This document shows positions 39,274-48,552 of a stretch of 64,000 nucleotides of DNA, one piece after another. Made by a program: the position numbers and the translations under genes. Every line of letters starts with the position of its first letter. The stretch's first letter is position 1. The notes under the pieces were generated by a model that had not been told where the DNA came from, made no database searches, and saw nothing but the letters and a program-made list of their open reading frames with translations. The stretch comes from Cenarchaeum sp. GTDB lineage: Archaea > Thermoproteota > Nitrososphaeria > Nitrososphaerales > Nitrosopumilaceae. The stretch spans positions 576,001-640,000 of the forward strand of contig OZ242221.1 of NCBI GenBank assembly GCA_965206845.1, in the 5' to 3' direction.

Positions 39274-39440
39274 ACCGGGCAGTGGATCGTGTGCTCTTTA
39301 AATTATGTAGTACATGGCGGCACCGTGGGAGACGCCACCACTCGGTATGTCCACATGCCTGCTTTGCTGCCATCAGGCAAGCACGGCGAAACAAAAGATA
39401 CCTGCCTGCCATGATCCCGGACAGCGTGTCGTAGAGTGCG

Positions 39441-39785
39441 CTAGCTGCCTTTCTCCATGAATAGGTTCAGAATGGTGCGGCCCCGGTCGGTCAGCGAGTA
39501 GTAGGCGCACCGCTTTGACTGCTCCCGCCGGATAAAGTTGTAGCTCCTGCAGAGATGCAGGTAGGCGATAAATGACTTTTTCATGCGTATCTTGGAGTCG
39601 CGGTACAGTTCGGTGAAGGTGGCCGCACCTCCCGTCAACGGGTACAACACCTTTATGATCGACAGGGCGCTGTAGTCACGGGCCCTTGCAGTTATGGCAT
39701 CAAGAACCTGTCCCTGCCGCTCCACTATGAAATCACTGCAGCAGTCTGCCAGGTCTGTCTGGATGTATGTTAGGTGTAGTCGCAT
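39441..39785 (-). CDS. Winged-helix DNA-binding protein
   Basis: TFTELYRDSK...YLHLC...FI...YYSLTDRGRTIL wHTH pattern. Confidence 0.75.
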   Translation of the reverse strand: MRLHLTYIQTDLADCCSDFIVERQGQVLDAITARARDYSALSIIKVLYPLTGGAATFTELYRDSKIRMKKSFIAYLHLCRSYNFIRREQSKRCAYYSLTDRGRTILNLFMEKGS

Positions 39786-39786
39786 G

Positions 39787-39805
39787 ATACTGTACTATAC
39801 AGTAT
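39787..39805. promoter_or_regulatory. Palindromic operator candidate ATACTGTA-N3-TACAGTAT
   Basis: Perfect 8-bp inverted repeat between a TATA-like element and the wHTH start codon. Confidence 0.55.
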
Positions 39806-39991
39806 AATACCTTATTAAGCTTGTTCTGCTACCAAGTGTCACAGGCCTTCCCGGCGATCTGTCGCAAGACAGGGGTCAAATCCAAGCATTCCGGAGATCA
39901 CAAAAGAGGCATCGGATTCCAGCATGCGCCAAGGCATGGAAGATCCAAGAGTGGGAAGATTAACTAGTAGGTGACCCCGCACATCAACACG

Positions 39992-41011
39992 ATGACGCTC
40001 TCATACAAGGAGGTAGGCGTTGACGTACCCGGCATTGAACGCAGTCTGTCCGGCATGGCCAAGCTTGTCTCCTCCACGCACGGGCTGCAGAGGAAGGCAG
40101 GCGTCACGCGGGGGTTCGGACACTATGCAGGAATCGTGGAGATTCCTGGCGGGGATCTTATCGCAACACACACCGACGGCGTGGGAACAAAGACCATGAT
40201 CGCCAGCCAGATGAAAAGATACGACACCGTCGGAATCGACTGCATGGCAATGAACGTAAACGACATAGTCTGCGTGGGCGCCACGCCCATCTCATTTGTG
40301 GATTATATCGCGGCAAACACGAACAACGCGGAGATACTCCAGGACATCGTCCGGGGTCTGGTGGTGGGGGCAAAGATGGCCCATGTTCCCATAGTCGGGG
40401 GCGAGACTGCCATCATGCCGGATCTCTTTGCGGGAGAGGAGTTTATCTTTGATCTGGCAGGTGCCGTGGTCGGCCTGATCCCCGGGGGACGCATGATGCT
40501 GGGCGACGCAATAGAGCCTGGCGACGTGATAATCGGCGCAGAGAGCACCGGCATACACTCAAACGGGTACACCCTGGCGCGCAAGGCGCTGGCAGGGTAT
40601 TCCCTGACAGAATCCATCGAAGGCGTGGGTATCCTGGGCAACGCACTCCTTGAACCCACTGCAATCTACTCCGAGCCCGTCCTTGAGGCCGTCGAGGGAT
40701 GCGAGGTACACGGCCTTGCCCACATAACAGGCGGCTCCTTTACCAAGCTGCTAAGACTCAAGGACGCGGGATACCAGATAGACTCCCTGCCAGAGACGCC
40801 TCCGATAATGCGGCTGATTCAGGACCAGGGGATCAGCAGGACAGAGATGTACAAGACATTCAACATGGGTGTGGGCTTTTGCATAATCGCGCCGGAGGAT
40901 CAGGCATCCTCGATAGCCGGCATCTTCGGGCGGCACGAGATCAGAACCCATGAGATAGGCAGGATCGTCCACGGGAATGGCGTGTTTGTAAACGCGGAGA
41001 GAGTCGCGTGA
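39992..41011 (+). CDS. purM: Phosphoribosylformylglycinamidine cyclo-ligase
   Basis: YKEVGVD, TDGVGTK, AMNVND, GGETA, GIHSNG, AHITGG, FNMGVG. Confidence 0.97.
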   Translation: MTLSYKEVGVDVPGIERSLSGMAKLVSSTHGLQRKAGVTRGFGHYAGIVEIPGGDLIATHTDGVGTKTMIASQMKRYDTVGIDCMAMNVNDIVCVGATPISFVDYIAANTNNAEILQDIVRGLVVGAKMAHVPIVGGETAIMPDLFAGEEFIFDLAGAVVGLIPGGRMMLGDAIEPGDVIIGAESTGIHSNGYTLARKALAGYSLTESIEGVGILGNALLEPTAIYSEPVLEAVEGCEVHGLAHITGGSFTKLLRLKDAGYQIDSLPETPPIMRLIQDQGISRTEMYKTFNMGVGFCIIAPEDQASSIAGIFGRHEIRTHEIGRIVHGNGVFVNAERVA

Positions 41012-41023
41012 CAGAGAGTTACG

Positions 41024-41734
41024 TCAAGATAGGCTGCACGGCAGACTCGGCCTCTCCAGCACCACCCGGCCCGTCCTCTCTAGGCAGACCTTGATGGCCC
41101 GAACCTCCAAGCCGTCCCCTGCCGCCGGAGCCAGATCCCTGGCAAAGACAGGATCCCCCGACGGGCTGGGCGCAAAGGACTCCGCCTCCGGGTGGGTCAC
41201 AATAAAGAGGAGCACGCTGCGGCATCCCGCGGCCAGCCTTCTCATGGTGGCCAGGTGCTTCTGCCCCCGGACCGTGGGGCAGTCAGGAAAGGATCCCGCG
41301 CCGCCGGGACCCAGCATGGCCGCCGACTTGACCTCAAGGAATCCCGTATCGCCGGATACAGACTCGATCTCAAAGTCGATTCTTGACTCCCCCACCGTGA
41401 CCTCGCGCCTTCTTATCCTCCAGCCATCAAGCCACGGAATCAGTCCCCGCGCCGCTGCCTCCTCAAACGCCCGGGACTGTTCTGCCGGGTCGATCAGCAC
41501 CACGCCTCCCCGCTCAGACACTGCGGCAATCAGCCTCAGAGTGGTCCTGGCGGACACCCTTGGAACGCAGATGCACGTATTTCCCGGGTATATCAGATCC
41601 AGCAACCTTCCGGAGTTGGTCAGGTGCGCCAGGTGCTCCCCTCCCTGCAGGTCCCTCACGGAGACCGCAAAGCGGTTCCTTCTTTTTATCACCTCGCACT
41701 CCAGTAGGCCGTCGTGCCTGTAGAGCGTACTCAT
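41024..41734 (-). CDS. sfsA: SfsA-family DNA/RNA nuclease
   Basis: RRNRF, HLTNSGRL, SRIDF, LEVKS, FPDCPTVRGQKHL. Confidence 0.92.
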   Translation of the reverse strand: MSTLYRHDGLLECEVIKRRNRFAVSVRDLQGGEHLAHLTNSGRLLDLIYPGNTCICVPRVSARTTLRLIAAVSERGGVVLIDPAEQSRAFEEAAARGLIPWLDGWRIRRREVTVGESRIDFEIESVSGDTGFLEVKSAAMLGPGGAGSFPDCPTVRGQKHLATMRRLAAGCRSVLLFIVTHPEAESFAPSPSGDPVFARDLAPAAGDGLEVRAIKVCLERTGRVVLERPSLPCSLS

Positions 41735-41800
41735 GAGAGGCATCATGGCACACACGATTTAAACCCCCAGGGCATCGCCTTCCGCACTCCAGGGAGACGC

Positions 41801-42577
41801 CTATCTGCGCCTGTTGGCCCTTCTAGATATGCTTGCCGCAACGGCTCCCGCACCTATGCCGTTGTCTATATTTACAACCGCCATGCCAAGTGCGCAGCTC
41901 TGCAGCATGGATGCCAGGGCGGCAGATCCCTCCCCGCCGTAGCCGTACCCCGCCGACGCCGGCACCCCCACCACCGGCACGTCCACCAGGGACGATATCA
42001 CGGTGGCAAGGGCGCCCTCCATTCCGGCAACCACCACGATGGCGTCCACGTCCTTCTCAATCATGTCGTGCACGCTGGCAAAGACCCGTTGAATTCCCGC
42101 AATTCCCACATCATAGCTTGTGTGGCACTCGCACCCCATGGCCTCGCACACCAGCCTGGCCTCCTCGGCTATCCAGATGTCTGATGTTCCCGCAGTGATT
42201 ATTCCGACGCTGCCGGCGGCCTTTTTTATGGCGGTCTTGTAGATCAGGATCGAGGTGGAGTTCTGCCCGCAGGAGACGCTCCACCCGGAGTCCCTGGCAA
42301 AAGAGACCACCCCGGAGTAGTCGGCCTCCCTGATGCGGGATACGACAACGGAGCCGGACTCGGACATCATGGCCTCGATTATCCCTTTTGTCTCGGAGGC
42401 CGTCTTGCCCTGTGCAAAGACCACCTCGGGGATTCCCCTCCTCTTCTGCCGGTCGATGTCCACCTTTGCAAAGTTGCCCACCTCCTTGATCGAGTAGAGT
42501 GAGAGCATCTTCTCTGCCTGCTGTACGGTAATCTCTCCGGACTGAAGAGATTCCAGAATCTTGCCCAGCTCCAACAT
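41801..42577 (-). CDS. larB: Nickel pincer cofactor biosynthesis protein LarB
   Basis: RGIPEVVFAQGK, AGTSD, DVGIAG, VAGMEGAL, VNIDNGIGA. Confidence 0.93.
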   Translation of the reverse strand: MLELGKILESLQSGEITVQQAEKMLSLYSIKEVGNFAKVDIDRQKRRGIPEVVFAQGKTASETKGIIEAMMSESGSVVVSRIREADYSGVVSFARDSGWSVSCGQNSTSILIYKTAIKKAAGSVGIITAGTSDIWIAEEARLVCEAMGCECHTSYDVGIAGIQRVFASVHDMIEKDVDAIVVVAGMEGALATVISSLVDVPVVGVPASAGYGYGGEGSAALASMLQSCALGMAVVNIDNGIGAGAVAASISRRANRRR

Positions 42578-42610
42578 GCCGTGATACCCCTCTGAGGATA
42601 AATATCTAAT

Positions 42611-43525
42611 CTAGATATCCAGCGATGCGACGGCAGTCCTGACACTCTCTGCCGCTGCATCCATTGTGCGCCTTTCAGAGTCGTTGAGATCCAGATCCAT
42701 GATACTCTCAACGCCACGCCTGCCGATCACCGCAGGAACTCCCAAGACCAGATCGTGATAGCCGTACTCGCCATCAAGATACGTGGAGACCGGTATGAGC
42801 TGCTTTTGATCCTTTACCACGGCCTCGATCATGCTTGCGATGGCGTTTCCCGGAGCGTGGACCGTGGCGCCCTTCGTCTGAATCACCTTGAGGGCGACCT
42901 CCCTTGTGTTCTTGACCATCGCATCCAGTTTTGGCTGCGGGACGAAGGAGCACAGTGGAATTCCGGATACCGACGAGTATCTTGTCAGTGGAAGCATGTG
43001 CTCGCCGTGCTCGCCTATTACCATGGCGCGTATCGAGTTCCGGGAATGGCCCGTGGCCTCGTGAATAAACTGCCTGAACCTGGAGGCATCTAGCATGCCG
43101 CCCATGCCAAAGACCCGATTGCGCTCAAAGCCAGATACCTTGTGCGTGATGTACACCATTGGATCCAGCGGATTTGTTACGGGAATGATTATCGAGTCGG
43201 GAGCAAACTTTGCTATGTTACTCACCACACTCTTTACTATTCCTGCGTTGATCTTCAGCAGATCCATTCTCGTCATGCCGGGTTTTCTCCCCGAGCCTGC
43301 AACAACCACCACGACGTCGGATCCCTCCATGTCCGAGTAGTCGTTGGAGCCCCGGATGGTTACATCAACACCGCGCTCTGAGAGCATGTGGTTGATGTCC
43401 ATGGCCTCGCCCTGCGGGAGACCGTCCACAACATCCAGAAGGAGAATCTCGCGATCCAGCATCTTGAGAGCGGAGAAGACTGCCGCGTCCCCACCCACTT
43501 TGCCAGAGCCGATTATTGTGATCAC
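42611..43525 (-). CDS. mdh: Malate dehydrogenase (LDH-like)
   Basis: [31 protein letters not shown]. Confidence 0.95.
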   Translation of the reverse strand: MITIIGSGKVGGDAAVFSALKMLDREILLLDVVDGLPQGEAMDINHMLSERGVDVTIRGSNDYSDMEGSDVVVVVAGSGRKPGMTRMDLLKINAGIVKSVVSNIAKFAPDSIIIPVTNPLDPMVYITHKVSGFERNRVFGMGGMLDASRFRQFIHEATGHSRNSIRAMVIGEHGEHMLPLTRYSSVSGIPLCSFVPQPKLDAMVKNTREVALKVIQTKGATVHAPGNAIASMIEAVVKDQKQLIPVSTYLDGEYGYHDLVLGVPAVIGRRGVESIMDLDLNDSERRTMDAAAESVRTAVASLDI

Positions 43526-43731
43526 GAAATTAGGTCTTTTGGCTTAATAATTAAACCTAATTGAAGCACCCTCCAAGGGCCCTCGCGTCCGACGCAATGC
43601 GGCAGATGGCTTCGCACGGATCACTCGCACCGCCGATGAGGGGCGGAGAATGCACATGCAGGCGGCTCCCGGCTTGCTGTGCCATGGTGTTTTCCAGCTG
43701 GAGGTACGATCAAAGGACGCAGGCACCTGCG

Positions 43732-44253
43732 TTACTTGTTCTGGAAGTTGCCGTTCCGGTCCAGCAGCATGGATCGCGATCGTATCGTCTTTCTGAACAG
43801 GACGAATCCCAGGGCCGTGGTTACCGCGCCAAACATGATGTTGGCCACGTTTGCGTTCTCGCCGGTGGAGGTCATCGTGAATATCATGCCCATCACCATC
43901 ATGAGCACTCCAAGGCCCGCAAAGATCATCATGACCTGCGGGAGCTTTCTTGGCTGCGGCCTGGGGCCAAACCCCGGGGCGCTCTCGGGTATCGACCCGC
44001 TGACCACGGACTCGTGGCACACGTGGCAGTAGTGCTGGCGCTTGTGCTCCTTTGTGACGGCCTTGAGAAAGTAAAACTCCACGTTGCAGAGGTCGCACGG
44101 CCTTGCCGGGGTGACGATCCTCCCGTACTTGTCAAAGTCCTTGCCCAGGTCAAGCATGCACTTTTTGCAAAAGTATCCGGGAATCTTCCACATGCGCTGG
44201 AACCGGTACTTTTTCCAGCTCAGCGGAACCCCGCATCCGCTACAGTGTGCCAT
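43732..44253 (-). CDS. Double zinc-ribbon protein with two TM helices
   Basis: CSGC, CKKC, CDLC, CHVC followed by two hydrophobic helices. Confidence 0.75.
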   Translation of the reverse strand: MAHCSGCGVPLSWKKYRFQRMWKIPGYFCKKCMLDLGKDFDKYGRIVTPARPCDLCNVEFYFLKAVTKEHKRQHYCHVCHESVVSGSIPESAPGFGPRPQPRKLPQVMMIFAGLGVLMMVMGMIFTMTSTGENANVANIMFGAVTTALGFVLFRKTIRSRSMLLDRNGNFQNK

Positions 44254-44326
44254 TGTTACTCTTCCTTGACTATCAGTCGATCTGTAAGCGACGCCGTCAC
44301 CACTAGAACACCGAAGTGCACCATTA

Positions 44327-46312
44327 CTACTCTTCTTCGATTACTGGTTTATTACCTTTCAGCACCGAACCGATTCCCTTCCTTGCCTCGATTATCGGCA
44401 GGCCGACTATGAAGAAGGTCGCGGCAGATATCCAGCAGACGGCGATCCCGGTCCACAGGGAGAAGAAGCTGAGGTCAAAGACGTAGTTGGCAAAGAAGAG
44501 CGGCAGGGGCCAGATTATTATCAGCACGATGGTCATCAGCCCGCCTCCCTTGAGGCTGAACCTGAACGCCTTCTTGAGCACCTCCTCGTCCTGGTCCAGC
44601 TTGCTTATCTCCTTCTGGGACATCTCCACCAGCTTTATCCTCTCCTTCATCAGCTTCCAGTCGAAGCTTGTGCGCTTTATCAGGCTCCCGAAGACTGCGA
44701 TCGCGCCGCCGGTCAGTATCCCGGCTATGTTGCCAAAGAGCATCGAGAAGTTGTGGCCAAGGCTCGCAAGGGACACGACGCCGCCAAACTCGGGCAGCGA
44801 GGCGGCAACGCCGGCCCAGGTGGTCAGCGCCACTGCCAGGCCCGCAATGGCCCCTATGGTGGCGGCGTACTTGTTGGTGCCCTTCCAGATTATGGTCAGC
44901 GCAATCGGTATCACGGCAGAGCCGATGAGGACGCCCATCGCCAGGTAGACGAATCCCAGGCTCAGTCCCAGCCCCAGCAGCACAACGGCAAGGCCCCCCA
45001 TCCCGAGCCCGAATCCCACGATCGTTACCCGGGAGACGCGCAGCAGCTGCTTGCCGGTGGCGTTGGGGTTCTTGTACGTCCGGTACACGTCGTACGTGAT
45101 TAGCGACGACACCGCGATGAGCTCGGCGGATCCCGCCGACGTCACGGCCATGAACAGCATAGTGAGCACCAAAACGGCGCCGACCTCGCCCATCAGCACG
45201 GTCGCGGCTGCCGGAACGGTCAGGCCCAGCTGGACCTGCTCCGGGGTGAGATCCACCCCAAGCGCCACCGCGGTAAGCCCCATGGTGGTTGCAAGCGTGA
45301 ACGGGATCGCAAACCAGCAGGCGCCCCCCAGGAGGAAGCCCTTGACGGTGGACGTCGGCTGGGCCGCGATCGCCCTCTGCCAGTACGCCTGGTCCACAAA
45401 CACGGTTCCAAAGTTTCCAACTATGTTTATGATCCCAAATATCAGGCCTCCCACGGATGCCATGGTCAGGTAGGCTCCGGCCGCGTTGCCCTCCACGGGA
45501 TTGATTCGCGCAGCCTCGACCAGCTTGTCGTACATCCCCTCGATGCCCCCGGTCACCGGGCTGATAAAGTACACCGTGGCGACAAAGATCAGTATCACGG
45601 AGAATATGATTATGGTATGCATGTAGTCGGCAACAAAGGTGGCCTTGAGCCCCCCCACCAGCGTGTAGATCATCACCCCCATGGGGATCAGAAACGCCGC
45701 AAGTGAGATGTCCATGCCCGTCAGGCCGTTGACCACTGCCGCGCCGCCGAGAAGCAGCATTGCGGTCACTATCATGTTGGTCATCAGCGCGAATATCAGA
45801 AAGACACGGTGGGCACCGTCACCGTATCGTGCTCTAATGATCTCTAGAAACGTGTGCGCATGGGGTGCCTTGCGCTTCAGCTCTATTGCCAGTATGCCAA
45901 ACAGGAGGACCTGTATGGACGCACCGGCTGCGTACCAGAATGGCCCACTGACTCCGTACTGGTAGGCTACCGTCGATGACTGCAGCAGCGTGGCGGCCCA
46001 TGTCCAGGCTGACACGATCGCCGCCGCGGTGAGTCCGGTCTTGATCACCCTTCCTGCGGTGTTGAACCACTCAGAAGTCTTGGTGACGCCGAGGTACTTT
46101 TCCTCGATCTTGATCTCCATTGAGATCACGACCGCGAACACGGCGCCGAGGCCCACTACAATAAACCAGCCCCAGCTCTCGTCGAGCACCTCGCCGATGA
46201 CGAACCCCTCGCTTATGGCGCCCGCGCCAAAAGCGGCCTGCGGAACGACCAGCGCGGCAAGCGCGGCGAGCGCAAGGATGGGCAAAAATTTCCCGCTCCC
46301 TGCCAAAGTCAT
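44327..46312 (-). CDS. Sodium:solute symporter, DUR3-type urea transporter
   Basis: SAWTWAATLLQSS, GPFWYAAGA, GNFGTVFVDQAYWQRAIAA, SAELIAVSS. Confidence 0.92.
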   Translation of the reverse strand: MTLAGSGKFLPILALAALAALVVPQAAFGAGAISEGFVIGEVLDESWGWFIVVGLGAVFAVVISMEIKIEEKYLGVTKTSEWFNTAGRVIKTGLTAAAIVSAWTWAATLLQSSTVAYQYGVSGPFWYAAGASIQVLLFGILAIELKRKAPHAHTFLEIIRARYGDGAHRVFLIFALMTNMIVTAMLLLGGAAVVNGLTGMDISLAAFLIPMGVMIYTLVGGLKATFVADYMHTIIIFSVILIFVATVYFISPVTGGIEGMYDKLVEAARINPVEGNAAGAYLTMASVGGLIFGIINIVGNFGTVFVDQAYWQRAIAAQPTSTVKGFLLGGACWFAIPFTLATTMGLTAVALGVDLTPEQVQLGLTVPAAATVLMGEVGAVLVLTMLFMAVTSAGSAELIAVSSLITYDVYRTYKNPNATGKQLLRVSRVTIVGFGLGMGGLAVVLLGLGLSLGFVYLAMGVLIGSAVIPIALTIIWKGTNKYAATIGAIAGLAVALTTWAGVAASLPEFGGVVSLASLGHNFSMLFGNIAGILTGGAIAVFGSLIKRTSFDWKLMKERIKLVEMSQKEISKLDQDEEVLKKAFRFSLKGGGLMTIVLIIIWPLPLFFANYVFDLSFFSLWTGIAVCWISAATFFIVGLPIIEARKGIGSVLKGNKPVIEEE

Positions 46313-46538
46313 GACATTACACACCCGGCAATTTTATTTATCAATTCCAAACGCAACTTTCTTTATATAGCTCAGGACTTGACTGGCCTCCACGATGCGC
46401 CACGGGGCCATCTACTGCACCAAGCCAGGCACAAGGATTATCCCGGATGCGCGTTTTTGTGCACAAATGAAGAGCGCGCGGCCCAGCGCCACGGGATTCC
46501 AGAACAATTTATATGCATTTTTACCAAATTTCTGCGCC

Positions 46539-47768
46539 ATGACACTAATAATAGATCCCCAGGTTGCGGGCATCGCCGGGGACATGCTACTGTGCTCCCT
46601 GGTGGACATGGGCGCGGACGGATCAAGGATAGCGCGAGGGGTCACAAAGGCAGTCTCCATCATGGACGGATCTGCCATCGGTAGCATCGAGTTTGCCGGG
46701 GTGACCAGATGCGGTGTGCGGGCAACGGGCTTGCTGCTAGACATCCAAGAGGAGGCAGAGCCGCGAACCGGCGCCCAGCTTCGATCGTGGATAGCGCAGG
46801 CATCCGGGGAGCTTGGACTGTCTCCTGCGGCAGGCAGCTTTGCGCTTGCCAGTGTTGGCGCCCTGATATCTGCCGAGGCCAGGATCCATGGCCAGGATCC
46901 CGACTCGGTTCATCTCCACGAGACTGCAGGTGCCGACACCGTGGTGGACATCCTGGGCACGGCCATGGCCCTAGAGGATCTGCACCTGTACGGCGGGGAT
47001 GTCTTCTGCTGCCCGGTGGCCGTGGGTGGAGGGACGGTATCGTTCTCACACGGTACAACGTCAAACCCCACAGCAGCCGTGCTGGAGATCCTAAAGGGAA
47101 CCGGCATCGCCATCGCCGGGGGGCAGGCAAGGGCCGAGATGACAACCCCCACGGGAGCCAGCATGCTGGCAAGCCTCAGGCCCGCATACCTGGAGCACTA
47201 TCCCACCGTGCAGGTAGACCGAGTGGGATACGGAGCCGGCACCATGGAGTTTGATGGCTTTGCAAACGTGCTCAAGGTGGTTGCAGGAAGGCGCGCTACG
47301 GAAACAATCCAGGACACGGTGCACATACTTGAGACCAATGTGGACGATGTCTCCGGCGAGCTGCTCGGCGTGACAGTGGAGAGGCTGATGGAGGCCGGTG
47401 CCCGAGACGTAACCGTGGTACCGGGACTGACCAAGAAGGGTCGGCCCACAAATGTGATTACCGTGATATGCGATCATGCGTCAGCGGACCTGCTGCTGGG
47501 ACTCCTGATGGAGGAGACCGGCACGTTGGGTGTCCGGGTGCGCACATCCCGGCGGGTGCTATCTGCCCGGCAGGCCGGAACTGCAGACATATCCATAGAC
47601 GGTCAGGGCTTTACGGCTCGCTACCAAGTGCACGGCAGCTCGGGCCGCTTCAAGGCAGAGTCTGATGACATACGCCGCGTCTCGTCGGCAACGGGGCGCT
47701 CCTTTGGAACCACAGAAGAGTTAATCAGAGCGCAGATACGAAAGATCTTAGATGAACGTGCAGGTTGA
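46539..47768 (+). CDS. larC: Nickel pincer cofactor biosynthesis protein LarC
   Basis: GIAGDMLL, AEARIHG..VHLHE, EMTTPTGA, GYGAG, ETNVDD, ETGTLGVR. Confidence 0.93.
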   Translation: MTLIIDPQVAGIAGDMLLCSLVDMGADGSRIARGVTKAVSIMDGSAIGSIEFAGVTRCGVRATGLLLDIQEEAEPRTGAQLRSWIAQASGELGLSPAAGSFALASVGALISAEARIHGQDPDSVHLHETAGADTVVDILGTAMALEDLHLYGGDVFCCPVAVGGGTVSFSHGTTSNPTAAVLEILKGTGIAIAGGQARAEMTTPTGASMLASLRPAYLEHYPTVQVDRVGYGAGTMEFDGFANVLKVVAGRRATETIQDTVHILETNVDDVSGELLGVTVERLMEAGARDVTVVPGLTKKGRPTNVITVICDHASADLLLGLLMEETGTLGVRVRTSRRVLSARQAGTADISIDGQGFTARYQVHGSSGRFKAESDDIRRVSSATGRSFGTTEELIRAQIRKILDERAG

Positions 47769-48552
47769 GCAGCTGAAGGGCTGGTTCGCTGGAAAGGGCC
47801 GCGTGCTGGTTGCAGTGTCAGGCGGCGTGGACAGCGCGCTGGTGGCATATGCGGCTCACGCAGCACTGGGATCAGACAGCGCCGCGCTGACCGCCGACTA
47901 CAAGACGCTGTCCCAGGACGAGCTGGACTCTGCAAGGCAGGTGTGTTCCCAGATAGGAATACAGCACACCGTCATATCATACAGCGAGCTGGATGACGAG
48001 GGGTTTGTTGCCAACGACCGGGACAGGTGCTTTCATTGCAGGACCCAGCTGGGGCGGCGCCTGCAGCAGTTTGCCACGGAGGGCTCGTTTCAGATAGTTG
48101 TGGATGGAACAAACCTGGATGATCTTGGGGACTTTCGTCCAGGCATAGAGGCGTTACGGGGGTACCATGTGCGAAGTCCGCTGCTGGAGACAGGGTTTGC
48201 AAAGTCCGACGTCAGGGCAGCCGCCATGGAGGCCGGGCTTGCGGTGCATGACCGTCCCTCAAACTCGTGCCTGGCATCTAGAATTCCGTGGGGTCAGCGC
48301 GTCACAGCCGGAAGCCTTGAGCGCATCGAGCTTGGCGAGGATGCGGTGAAGCGGATCACCGGGGCGCGGACAGTCAGAGTCCGTGACATAGGCGGCACGG
48401 CCAGGATAGAGCTGGGAGCCGACGAGCTCGCCCTTCTCTCGCAGGATGCCAAGCTGGAGATATCCCGGAGGCTAAAATCCACGGGATTCAGCTCCGTGGA
48501 GTTTGATCCTGAAGGCTACAGACAGGGAAAGGCAAACGTGATGTCCGGTTGA
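47752..48552 (+). CDS. larE: ATP-dependent sulfur transferase LarE
   Basis: SGGVDS PP-loop, RCFHC, DGTNLDD..DFRPG, SNSCLASRIP. Confidence 0.93.
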   Translation: MNVQVEQLKGWFAGKGRVLVAVSGGVDSALVAYAAHAALGSDSAALTADYKTLSQDELDSARQVCSQIGIQHTVISYSELDDEGFVANDRDRCFHCRTQLGRRLQQFATEGSFQIVVDGTNLDDLGDFRPGIEALRGYHVRSPLLETGFAKSDVRAAAMEAGLAVHDRPSNSCLASRIPWGQRVTAGSLERIELGEDAVKRITGARTVRVRDIGGTARIELGADELALLSQDAKLEISRRLKSTGFSSVEFDPEGYRQGKANVMSG

